DNA of 64,000 nucleotides from Candidatus Humimicrobium oleiphilum (GTDB lineage Bacteria; Actinomycetota; Humimicrobiia; Humimicrobiales; Humimicrobiaceae). Below are positions 9,308 to 18,122 of the stretch, in pieces; the first letter of the stretch is position 1, and each line of letters opens with the position of its first letter. A program made the translations under genes and the position numbers. The stretch lies in assembly GCA_002304935.1 (NCBI GenBank), contig DBPS01000047.1, forward strand, positions 10,134 through 74,133, in the 5' to 3' direction. Below the pieces are notes generated by a model that saw only the letters and a program-made list of their open reading frames with translations, did not search any database and was not told the DNA's origin.

Positions 9308-10429
9308 ATGAAAATCGGAATTATATGTTATCCCACATATGGAGGAAGCGGTGTTGTTGCAACTGAACTGGGTATTGAACTTGCCAAACTCGGAAATGAA
9401 GTTCATTTCATAAGTTATGAACAGCCTTTTAAGATTACAGATTATCTGGAAAATATTTATTTTCATGGAGTAGATGTTCTAGAATATCCTTTATTTAAGT
9501 ATCCTCCTTACAGTCTTTCATTAAGCGTAAAAATGGCAGAGATATTTGAGGAAAACAATCTTGACATAATGCATGTCCATTATGCCATTCCGCATGCTGC
9601 ATCAGCATTTCTTACAAAGAAAATACTTGGCAGAAATTCAGGCTTTAAATTTATAACTACTTTGCACGGAACGGATATTACCGTAGTAGGCAATCACCAT
9701 TCTTTCTACAAACTGACTAAATTCTGTATTGAAAATAGTGACGCTATTAGCTGTGTTTCAGATTATTTGAAAAATCTGACAGAAAAGACCTTTAAAATTG
9801 ATAAGAAAATTGATGTAATATACAACTTTGTTGATACCAGAGTGTATAAAAAAGATTACAGCAGTAAAGAAAATACGGGAATTGTAAAAAAAGATGAAAC
9901 CGGCATAATACACATTTCAAATTTCAGGCCTGTAAAGAATATCAAAAATGTGATAGGGATTTTTAACAGGATAAGCAGGGAAGTTAAATCAAAATTACTG
10001 CTTGTCGGAGAAGGTCCTGATACTTCAGTTGCAAAAGAAATAGCCAGGAATCTGGACATAGAAGAAAAAATTGTTTTTCTGGGTAGAAAAGATAATGTGA
10101 TTCCGTTCTTAAACAGCTGCGACCTTTATCTTCTACCCTCAAAAAGTGAAAGTTTCGGAGTTTCAGCACTGGAAGCCCTGAGCTGCGGGCTCCCAGTCAT
10201 AGGCACTAATGTCGGAGGCCTTAATGAAGTAGTAGCACATGGACTTTGCGGATTTTTATATAGTCCTGATGATGTTGAAAAGATGTCTGTATCTGCAATA
10301 GAACTTTTAACAGACAAAACAAAATTTGAAAAATTTTCTTTAAATGCCAGAAAAAGGGCTCTTGATTTTGATAGCAAAAAAATGATTCCGGCATATATAA
10401 AGCTTTATGAAAAAGTTATAAAAGAATAA
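9308..10429 (+). CDS. bshA: N-acetyl-alpha-D-glucosaminyl L-malate synthase BshA (GT4 glycosyltransferase)
   Basis: MKIGIICYPTYGGSGVVATELGIELAKLGNEVHFI matches the BshA N-terminus, and the C-terminal GT4 core contains E-x7-E. Confidence 0.85.
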   Translation: MKIGIICYPTYGGSGVVATELGIELAKLGNEVHFISYEQPFKITDYLENIYFHGVDVLEYPLFKYPPYSLSLSVKMAEIFEENNLDIMHVHYAIPHAASAFLTKKILGRNSGFKFITTLHGTDITVVGNHHSFYKLTKFCIENSDAISCVSDYLKNLTEKTFKIDKKIDVIYNFVDTRVYKKDYSSKENTGIVKKDETGIIHISNFRPVKNIKNVIGIFNRISREVKSKLLLVGEGPDTSVAKEIARNLDIEEKIVFLGRKDNVIPFLNSCDLYLLPSKSESFGVSALEALSCGLPVIGTNVGGLNEVVAHGLCGFLYSPDDVEKMSVSAIELLTDKTKFEKFSLNARKRALDFDSKKMIPAYIKLYEKVIKE

Positions 10430-10571
10430 TGCATTTTTTATAGCAATTTTTATATAAAAAAGAATATTTATATATTATAATTAATTTTGTATTTATTATT
10501 GCTTAAGAAAAATATAAAATAATATTAATTTTAACTTTTAAATTAAAAAAGTAATCCTTAAGGAGAGATAA

Positions 10572-12086
10572 ATGCCAAAAAAATATTTAAAGGTCCTTGT
10601 ATTTGCATTAGTGTTCATACTGACCTTAAGCTTTACATCATTTTTAAATGCACAGGAAGAAGACAGCACAAGCGATCTTCCAAGTGATGTTGCAAATTAT
10701 GAACCCACTGCTGCTGACAAAGTGCTGATGGTTCAGCCGGCAGTCTGCTATATAACATCAGTATTTTATGGTTATGTCCTTGATCCCTGGACCAACCAGT
10801 GGAGCGATTACTATTATGAAGCTTTTGGAGGGACCGGCTTTGTTGTAAATCCGGATACCGGTCATATAGTAACTGCAGGACATGTAATTGATATAAATGA
10901 GGCAGAATTTAAATATGATTTGATTTATTCTTATCTTATGGACACTTATGGAGATTTCGGAGAGCTTGATGGCTGGACAGATGCGGACTGGAACTGGGCT
11001 TATGAAAACATTAAAGTGGAAGGAAGCGAAGGACCTCCATACGACCTTGAAGTATATGTTCAGTTCAATACTGCAATAGCATCCGAGCCTCAGGGGCCAG
11101 GCAGAAGCTCTTATCTTAGGGCAGAAGTTGTAGCAAAGAGCCCTTTTGAGCAAAGGGATATCGGAATATTAAGGATTACTCCTCAGACAGGAAGGAGCCT
11201 TTCAAGTGCACTTCTCGGGGATTCTTCAATGATAGAAGTCCAGGATGCTGTTACAATGATAGGTTATCCATGGACCTCTGATATTGGCCAGGATAATCCC
11301 TTAAGCCCTACTGTTACCAACGGGACAGTCAGTGGAAAACAGATGGTCGGAGGAACTGAATGGGTACAGATTCAGGGAGATGTAAGGCCAGGCAACAGTG
11401 GTGGCCCTGTTCTTGACAAGAATGGAAATGTCATCGGGATTGTATCTGCCGGGACTGATAATACGAATAACTATATAAGGCCAAGTAATGATATAAAATC
11501 TTTTCTTAATGCTGAAAACAAACTCGGACTGGTTGACCAGGAGTGGAGAACAGGCCTGGCGATGTTCAGGCTTAAACATTTTAGCGAAGCAATCAAAAGG
11601 TTTGATGCTGTTCTTAATCTAAGCGCTGGACATTTGCTCGCACAGGAATACAAAGCCAAGGCACAGGCAAATATGGGGCAGGATGTTCCCCTGGCGGCAG
11701 ATACAACTATGGCGTCAGTAACTGAAGAAACCACAGCGGTAGTTTCAGTTTCTGAAACAACAGTACCTGTTGCTGCGCAGGAAACCGGTTTAAGCAAAAA
11801 AGTGTTATGGGGCATTATAGGTGGAGCAATAGGAGGCTTGATATTTATTGTACTTATAATCGTTCTTATAATAATGCTTGCCAAAAGAGGAAGCCGCCCG
11901 CCTGTTCAGCAGCAGGCACCGTCTTATCAGCAGCCGGCACAGCCACAGCAGGTAACAAGTAATGCGGAAAATATTGAAAAGACCAAAAGTGATGAAGAAG
12001 AAAAACTGAATTTCTGTCCAAACTGTGGAGCCAAAGTTGATGATGAACAGGTATTTTGTGCAAAGTGCGGTAATAAACTGAAATAA
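10572..12086 (+). CDS. Membrane-anchored trypsin-like (S1) serine protease. Predicted topology: signal peptide, extracytoplasmic protease domain, TPR-like segment, Thr/Val-rich linker, single TM helix, and a cytoplasmic Pro/Gln-rich tail ending in a C4 zinc ribbon
   Basis: Signal peptide MPKKYLKVLVFALVFILTLSFTSFLNA. Catalytic triad context TAGHVI / DIGILRI / GNSGGPV. TM helix VLWGIIGGAIGGLIFIVLIIVLIIML. Zinc ribbon CPNCG-x9-CAKCG. Confidence 0.75.
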   Translation: MPKKYLKVLVFALVFILTLSFTSFLNAQEEDSTSDLPSDVANYEPTAADKVLMVQPAVCYITSVFYGYVLDPWTNQWSDYYYEAFGGTGFVVNPDTGHIVTAGHVIDINEAEFKYDLIYSYLMDTYGDFGELDGWTDADWNWAYENIKVEGSEGPPYDLEVYVQFNTAIASEPQGPGRSSYLRAEVVAKSPFEQRDIGILRITPQTGRSLSSALLGDSSMIEVQDAVTMIGYPWTSDIGQDNPLSPTVTNGTVSGKQMVGGTEWVQIQGDVRPGNSGGPVLDKNGNVIGIVSAGTDNTNNYIRPSNDIKSFLNAENKLGLVDQEWRTGLAMFRLKHFSEAIKRFDAVLNLSAGHLLAQEYKAKAQANMGQDVPLAADTTMASVTEETTAVVSVSETTVPVAAQETGLSKKVLWGIIGGAIGGLIFIVLIIVLIIMLAKRGSRPPVQQQAPSYQQPAQPQQVTSNAENIEKTKSDEEEKLNFCPNCGAKVDDEQVFCAKCGNKLK

Positions 12087-12135
12087 AATAATCTGATCAA
12101 TATGATCATATTATAAAATTAAATAGATATTTCAT

Positions 12136-12181
12136 GAAACAGGCATGGATTTTTTCAGATTCATGCCTGTTTCTTTTTTTA
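12136..12181 (+). terminator. Rho-independent terminator after the protease gene
   Basis: gaaacaggcatg...catgcctgtttc hairpin followed by a T-run. Confidence 0.8.
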
Positions 12182-12202
12182 AAAAATACATTATTAAAAT
12201 AT

Positions 12203-12230
12203 TGTATTAATGATTTATCTGTGTTAAAAT
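12203..12230 (+). promoter_or_regulatory. Candidate sigmaA promoter for the ilv-leu operon leader
   Basis: TTGTAT-16nt-TAAAAT sits about 35 nt upstream of the leader peptide ATG. Confidence 0.4.
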
Positions 12231-12264
12231 TTTTCATCAAATATTTTACAGAAATGAGAATAAA

Positions 12265-12393
12265 ATGTCTTTTTATAAAAATAATTTAGTGCATGCAAGA
12301 CAAACATTCCGCTTCAAGGAATTATCAGTTCTCATTTCAAATATAATTAATCTCCTCGTCATTATTATCCTCCTCGTGGGTGTTTTATCCTAA
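12265..12393 (+). CDS. ilv-leu operon leader peptide (42 aa) of a transcription-attenuation type
   Basis: MSFYKNNLVHARQTFRFKELSVLISNIINLLVIIILLVGVLS*. In residues 22-41, 16 of 20 are Ile, Leu or Val. It lies about 165 nt upstream of ilvD. Alternative hairpins follow: ttatcc/ggataa (12385-12404) versus tacggataa/ttatccgta (12396-12451), then U-runs. Confidence 0.75.
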   Translation: MSFYKNNLVHARQTFRFKELSVLISNIINLLVIIILLVGVLS

Positions 12394-12495
12394 ATTACGG
12401 ATAACTGGACCTGCCTGGAGAATATTTTAGTTTTTTCTTTTTTTATCCGTAAAAATAATCGCTTTGTTTGAGGTTTTTTGTTTTTTTATTTTCAT
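12381..12495 (+). promoter_or_regulatory. Attenuator RNA region with mutually exclusive hairpins and U-tracts, between the leader peptide and ilvD
   Basis: Segments 12385-12390, 12396-12404 and 12443-12451 are mutually complementary. U-runs lie at 12431-12444 and 12473-12490. Confidence 0.5.
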
Positions 12496-12559
12496 ATAAA
12501 ATACTAAAAAGGTAGAATAAAAATAAAATTTTTTAAATTTAAATATATCAGGAGGATTA

Positions 12560-14218
12560 ATGAGAAGTGATTTAATGAAAGATGGAATTGCGAGGCTTCC
12601 TCATCGCTCGATTTTCAGAGCCCTCGGGCTTACAGGGGAAGAAATCAAAAGACCTATAATAGGAATAGCCAATTCTTTTAATGAGCTTATTCCGGGACAC
12701 ATGCATTTAAATTCAATAGTAGATGCTGTAAAAGCTGGTGTAAGGATTGCAGGCGGGACCCCTATGGAATTCTGTACAATAGGTGTATGCGACGGTGTTG
12801 CAATGAATCATCCCGGCATGAAATACTCACTTGCGTCAAGGGAGCTGATTGCAGATAGTATAGAATCTGTTTGTATGGCACATCCTTTTGATGCAGTTGT
12901 TTTCGTACCAAATTGTGACAAAATAATCCCCGGGATGCTGATGGCAGCATTAAGATTAAATATCCCTTCGATAGTTGTAAGCGGCGGTCCGATGCTTACC
13001 GGAAGATATAAAGATAATGACATTGATTACAGTACCTGTTATGAAGCAATAGGCAAATTCAGCAAAGGTGAATATTCAAATCAGGATATTGAGTCAATTG
13101 AAGAAGAAGCTTGTCCTTCATGCGGAAGCTGCTCAGGGATGTTTACAGCAAATACCATGAATTGTCTTACTGAGGCAATAGGCATGGCTCTTCCTGGAAA
13201 CGGAACAGTTCCTGCTGTTTATTCAAAAAGAATAAGGCTGGCTAAAGAGGCTGGCATGCAGATAATGAAAATTTTAAGCAGGGATATAAAACCCAGGGAT
13301 ATTGTTAATACAAAATCCATTAAAAACGCAATAGCTGTCGATGTGGCACTGGGAGGTTCAACAAATACTGTCCTGCATCTTGCAGCGATTGCACATGAAG
13401 CAAAAGTTGATTTTCCTCTGGAGATGATAAATGAGATAAGCGCCAGGACTCCTAATCTGTGCAGGCTGAGCCCTGCCGGCCCATATCATATTTACGATCT
13501 TTATATGGCAGGAGGGATTCAGGCAGTTATGAATGAGCTGTATAAAAATTCATTGATCGAAGGAGATGCACTTAGCGTTACCTGCAGTAGTATATCAGAC
13601 AGCATAAAAAAATCAGAAATACTTGATAGGTCTGTAATTAAAACAATTGATAATCCTTATTCTCACGATGGCGGATTAAAGGTATTGTTCGGCAATATTG
13701 CCCCTGAAGGCTGTATTGTAAAAAAATCAGCTGTAGATCCTTCAATGTATCAGCATAAAGGACCTGCGAGGGTTTTTAATTCAGAAGAAGAAGCAGTTCA
13801 GGCAATAATCGGGCAGAGGATAAAGCCAAAAGATGTAGTCGTCATTAAGTATGAAGGACCAAAAGGCGGGCCCGGAATGCGCGAAATGCTTGCTCCGACA
13901 TCTGCAGTTGCAGGAATAGGACTTGACAAAGAAGTAGCATTGATTACTGATGGAAGGTTTTCGGGTGCAACAAGAGGTGCTTCAATAGGCCATGTATCCC
14001 CTGAAGCAATGTCCGGAGGGCCATTTGCAATAATCCAGGATGGTGACATTATTGAAATTGATATAATTAATAATAAAATCAATGTTTGTCTGGATGATAA
14101 TGAAATCAAATCAAGGCTTGGAAAATGGAAAGCTCCTGAACCAAAAATAAAAGAAGGATATATCGGCAGATATTCAAGAATGGTAACTTCAGCATCAAGA
14201 GGGGCTGTTCTTGAATAA
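12560..14218 (+). CDS. ilvD: Dihydroxy-acid dehydratase
   Basis: 552 aa with [15 protein letters not shown], Fe-S ligand cysteines and the SGGPM motif. It is the first gene of the operon. Confidence 0.95.
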   Translation: MRSDLMKDGIARLPHRSIFRALGLTGEEIKRPIIGIANSFNELIPGHMHLNSIVDAVKAGVRIAGGTPMEFCTIGVCDGVAMNHPGMKYSLASRELIADSIESVCMAHPFDAVVFVPNCDKIIPGMLMAALRLNIPSIVVSGGPMLTGRYKDNDIDYSTCYEAIGKFSKGEYSNQDIESIEEEACPSCGSCSGMFTANTMNCLTEAIGMALPGNGTVPAVYSKRIRLAKEAGMQIMKILSRDIKPRDIVNTKSIKNAIAVDVALGGSTNTVLHLAAIAHEAKVDFPLEMINEISARTPNLCRLSPAGPYHIYDLYMAGGIQAVMNELYKNSLIEGDALSVTCSSISDSIKKSEILDRSVIKTIDNPYSHDGGLKVLFGNIAPEGCIVKKSAVDPSMYQHKGPARVFNSEEEAVQAIIGQRIKPKDVVVIKYEGPKGGPGMREMLAPTSAVAGIGLDKEVALITDGRFSGATRGASIGHVSPEAMSGGPFAIIQDGDIIEIDIINNKINVCLDDNEIKSRLGKWKAPEPKIKEGYIGRYSRMVTSASRGAVLE

Positions 14219-14250
14219 TATTTGAAAAAAACTATAGTGAGGTTGATATT

Positions 14251-15960
14251 ATGAGTAAAATAAGCGGTTCAAAAATGCTTTTAAAATGTTTGAGAGAAGA
14301 AGGAGTTGAATATATTTTTGGCTACCCAGGCGGGAAAGTCATACCGATTTATGATGCCATATATGATGAAAAAAAAATAAAGCACATTCTTGTCAGGCAT
14401 GAACAATGTGCTGCCCATGCTGCGGACGGGTATGCAAGAGCAACTGGCAGAACAGGTGTATGTATGGCTACTTCAGGTCCTGGCGGGACTAATCTGATAA
14501 CAGGAATAGCCAATGCATACATGGATTCAATACCTATTGTTGCAATTACCGGACAGGTTTCAACTGGTGAGATAGGTACTGATTCATTTCAGGAAGCAGA
14601 CATAACAGGTATTACTTCTCCGATAACCAAACATAATTATCTTGTTAAAAATGTCAGAGACCTTCCTGCAACAGTAAAAGAAGCTTTTTATATTGCTTCT
14701 ACCGGCAGGCCGGGTCCGGTTCTTATTGATATCCCGATCGATGTTCAGAATGCCCTTATTGATGAAAACACCAAAGCTGAAATTAATTTACCGGGATATA
14801 AGCCTACTATCAAAGGTCATTTAAAACAGATAAAAGAAGCAGCACTGAAGATCTATAATAGCAGCAGGCCTGTTATTTTTTCAGGAGGAGGAGTTGTTTC
14901 CTCAGGTGCTCACAAAGAATTAACAGAATTTGCAAGACTTTCCAGAATTCCTGTACTTACTTCTCTGCTTGGAAAAGGTTCATTTCCTGAAAATGATGAG
15001 TTGTCGCTGATGATGGCAGGGATGCATGGAACAAAATTTGCAAATCTTGCTCTTACAGAGACAACCCTTATCATAGGGATAGGAGTAAGATTTGACGACA
15101 GGGTAACTGGAAAATTAAGCGAATTTGCAAAAAATGCTGAAATAATCCACATAGATATTGATCCTGCCGAAATTGGAAAAAATGTAAAAGTAAAAATCCC
15201 TATTGTGGGGGACGCAAAAAATGTACTATCTGATCTTATAAAAGAATATAGGATTATTCGCGATGAAAAGGGTGACGCCCCAAGACAGGAATGGATCGAT
15301 ATTATTCGTAAATGGAAAGAAGATTATCCTGTTTCTTATTTTACCGATACTGATTCTTTGAAACCAGGATATATTATAGAAAAGCTGCATGAAATTGTTA
15401 AAGATAATGCTATTATCTGTACAGAAGTAGGGCAGAATCAGATGTGGGCAGCCCAGTTTTTCAAATGCAGCAGACCAAGGACTTTTATTTCTTCAGGAGG
15501 CCTGGGAACAATGGGTTACGGTTTTCCGTCATCTATAGGAGCGCAGTTCGGCTGTCCTGACAAACTGGTTTTTGACATTGCCGGTGATGGAAGTATCCAG
15601 ATGGTATCACATGAATTTGCCACAGCAGTTGTAAATAAACTTCCGATAAAAATAATACTTCTAAATAATGGTAATCTTGGAATGGTTAAACAATGGCAGG
15701 AACTTTTTTATAATAAAAGATATTCCGAGACACTGGTCAGGGATTGTGTTGATTTTGTCAAACTTGTTGAAGCCTATGGAGGAGTCGGAATAAGGGTAAA
15801 GAAAAAAGAAGATGTCGAAAAAGCAATAAAAGAGGCTATAAACATTAAAAACCTTGTACTGATTGATTTTCATATTGATCCGGATGAAAATGTTTTTCCT
15901 ATGGTTGCCCCGGGAGCTCCTATTAGTGAAATGATGGTGCTTGGAAAGGAGAAAAAATGA
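14251..15960 (+). CDS. ilvB: Acetolactate synthase large subunit (ThDP-dependent)
   Basis: GYPGGKVIPIYDA...HEQCAAHAADGYARATGR...ATSGPGGTNL and a C-terminal ThDP-binding GDGS motif. Confidence 0.93.
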   Translation: MSKISGSKMLLKCLREEGVEYIFGYPGGKVIPIYDAIYDEKKIKHILVRHEQCAAHAADGYARATGRTGVCMATSGPGGTNLITGIANAYMDSIPIVAITGQVSTGEIGTDSFQEADITGITSPITKHNYLVKNVRDLPATVKEAFYIASTGRPGPVLIDIPIDVQNALIDENTKAEINLPGYKPTIKGHLKQIKEAALKIYNSSRPVIFSGGGVVSSGAHKELTEFARLSRIPVLTSLLGKGSFPENDELSLMMAGMHGTKFANLALTETTLIIGIGVRFDDRVTGKLSEFAKNAEIIHIDIDPAEIGKNVKVKIPIVGDAKNVLSDLIKEYRIIRDEKGDAPRQEWIDIIRKWKEDYPVSYFTDTDSLKPGYIIEKLHEIVKDNAIICTEVGQNQMWAAQFFKCSRPRTFISSGGLGTMGYGFPSSIGAQFGCPDKLVFDIAGDGSIQMVSHEFATAVVNKLPIKIILLNNGNLGMVKQWQELFYNKRYSETLVRDCVDFVKLVEAYGGVGIRVKKKEDVEKAIKEAINIKNLVLIDFHIDPDENVFPMVAPGAPISEMMVLGKEKK

Positions 15961-16439
15961 ATCATATAATATCGGTAATGGTTGAAAACAAATCAGGAGT
16001 ACTTGCAAAAATAGCTGCACTTTTCAGCAGGAGAGGCTTTAATATTGAAAGTCTTGCTGTAGGAACTACTGATGATGAAAAGGTTTCCAGAATAACCATA
16101 GTTGTTAATTCTGATGAATCCAGTATTGAGCAGATAACCAAACAGCTACACAAGCTGATAAATGTTATAAAGATACAGAAATTGCTGCCAGAGCATTCTG
16201 TCCAGAGAGAACTGGTACTTATAAAAGTAAACACAGAAAATAAAAGCAGGGCTGAAATACTTGAAATCGGCAATATTTTCCGTGCCAATGTTGTGGATGT
16301 TACAAAAGGGACTATAATGTTGGAACTAACCGGGAATTCTTCCAAGATAAGTGCTTTTGAAGAACTGTTAAAACCTTATGGGATCCTTGAGTTTGTCAGA
16401 ACAGGTATGATTGCCTGTTCCAGAGGAAAAAAATATTAA
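15957..16439 (+). CDS. ilvN: Acetolactate synthase small (regulatory) subunit
   Basis: 160 aa with an ACT domain (MVENKSGVLAKIAALFSRRGFNIESL). It overlaps ilvB by 4 nt. Confidence 0.9.
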   Translation: MNHIISVMVENKSGVLAKIAALFSRRGFNIESLAVGTTDDEKVSRITIVVNSDESSIEQITKQLHKLINVIKIQKLLPEHSVQRELVLIKVNTENKSRAEILEIGNIFRANVVDVTKGTIMLELTGNSSKISAFEELLKPYGILEFVRTGMIACSRGKKY

Positions 16440-16468
16440 TAACTTTAAAAAAAAGACAAGGAAAAGAG

Positions 16469-18064
16469 ATGTCTTTTAATGAAAAAATATTAATAACTGA
16501 AGAAATAAGCAGACAGGCAGCAGAATCTTTAAAAAAAGATTTTACTGTTGATGTAAAAAAGGGACTATCCGGCAGGGATCTGGTTGAAGAGATAAAGAAA
16601 TATGATGCGCTGATAGTAAAAAATACTACAAAAGTAGATGCAGAAGTAATCAAAAATGCTGAAAACCTGAAAGTCATAGCAAAGGCAGGAGCTGGCATAG
16701 ATAATATCGATATCAAATCTGCTTCCAGAAAAGGTATTTATGTAGTTAATTCAGTTTCAAGCAATCTTGTTTCTGCTGCTGAACTTGCAATTGCCCTTAT
16801 GATGGTCTGCGCCAAGAAAATAAATATTGCCTGCAGAGCAGCATCAGTGAAAAAAAATATAGATAGAATAAAACTAAAAGGAATAGAAATCGAAGGCAAA
16901 ATTCTTGGAATAGTAGGTCTGGGAAAGACAGGATACCTGGTCGCCAAAAAAGCATTTGCCATGGGTATGGAAGTTTATGCTTTTGATCCTTATGTCCTGG
17001 ATGATAAATTCTGGCAGCTTGGTATAAAAAGAAAAGACAATCTGGAAGACCTGTTCAGAATATCTGATTTTATTTCTATCCATCTTCCAAAAACAAAAGA
17101 GACCGCAGGTTTGATTGATAAGAAATTATTTGATTGTATGAAAAGTGAATCTGTGATTATAAGTCTTTCAAAAAAAGGTATTATAGTTGATGATGATTTA
17201 TATGATGCCATTAAAGAAAAAAAGATCGCTGCAGCTGCAATCGATCTTTCTGAAGCAGATTATCTTAAAGATTCAAAACTGTCTGAACTGGAAGAAGTCA
17301 TAATTACTCCCCACTTAAGCGGTTCCACTCTGGATGCTCAGGAAAAAGCAGCGTTTGAAATAAGCAGGCAGGTCCAGGAAATCCTGAATGGAAAAATCCC
17401 AGGGAATGCAATAAATCTTCCTTTGTTTAACCAGGAGATAATAGAACAGTCTTATCCTTTTTATGAGTTGTGCAATAATCTGGGTTCTATTTTTGCGCAA
17501 TTTTTTGAAGGAGATCTGGAAGCAATAGAGATAATCTATAATGGCAAAGTTGCGCAGCTGAAAACAGGTTTTCTAACGACAGTAATTCTTTCAAAAATAC
17601 TTGAAATTAAAACTAATGAAAGAGTCAATATTGCCAATGCCCATATGATATGTGAAGAAAAAAAATTAAAGATAAAAGAGACAAAAGATACAACAACCGA
17701 GGATTTTATAAATCTTATAAAGGTCAGAGGCAGGGTTGATGACTATTCAGTGACTTTGTCTGGTACTGTCACAGGAATGAAAAATGTTCCAAGGTTCATA
17801 GCTATTGATAAGTTTGAAATAGACATGGTGCCCTCAAAGCATATGGCTTTCTTGAGATATAAGGATATCCCGGGACAGATAGGCAGGATAGGAACTGCTT
17901 TTGGAAAATTAGGTGTGAATATTGCAGCAATGCATGTAGGAAGAAAGGTTGTGAGCGGAGAAGCCCTTATGGGCTTAAATCTCGATTGTGAAGTAACAGA
18001 TGAAATTCTTGCAAAATTTAAACATTTATCAGGTTTCAAAGATATAAGAATAATAAACCTATAA
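16469..18064 (+). CDS. serA: D-3-phosphoglycerate dehydrogenase (type I, with ASB and ACT domains), SerA-like 2-hydroxyacid dehydrogenase
   Basis: 531 aa. NAD-binding GIVGLGKTGYLVAK motif and catalytic HLSGST. The C-terminal ACT domain reads GQIGRIGTAFGKLGVNIAAMHVGR. Confidence 0.85.
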   Translation: MSFNEKILITEEISRQAAESLKKDFTVDVKKGLSGRDLVEEIKKYDALIVKNTTKVDAEVIKNAENLKVIAKAGAGIDNIDIKSASRKGIYVVNSVSSNLVSAAELAIALMMVCAKKINIACRAASVKKNIDRIKLKGIEIEGKILGIVGLGKTGYLVAKKAFAMGMEVYAFDPYVLDDKFWQLGIKRKDNLEDLFRISDFISIHLPKTKETAGLIDKKLFDCMKSESVIISLSKKGIIVDDDLYDAIKEKKIAAAAIDLSEADYLKDSKLSELEEVIITPHLSGSTLDAQEKAAFEISRQVQEILNGKIPGNAINLPLFNQEIIEQSYPFYELCNNLGSIFAQFFEGDLEAIEIIYNGKVAQLKTGFLTTVILSKILEIKTNERVNIANAHMICEEKKLKIKETKDTTTEDFINLIKVRGRVDDYSVTLSGTVTGMKNVPRFIAIDKFEIDMVPSKHMAFLRYKDIPGQIGRIGTAFGKLGVNIAAMHVGRKVVSGEALMGLNLDCEVTDEILAKFKHLSGFKDIRIINL

Positions 18065-18122
18065 AAAATATAATTAAAATATAAGAAAATTTTTTAAAAA
18101 TTTAAACTGAAAGAAGTGAAAA

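Noticed and set aside
12126-12278. 50-aa ORF (MKQAWIFSDSCLFLFLKNTLLKYC...) downstream of the protease gene
   Set aside because: It spans the intrinsic terminator hairpin and the ilv leader promoter. No RBS. Spurious.
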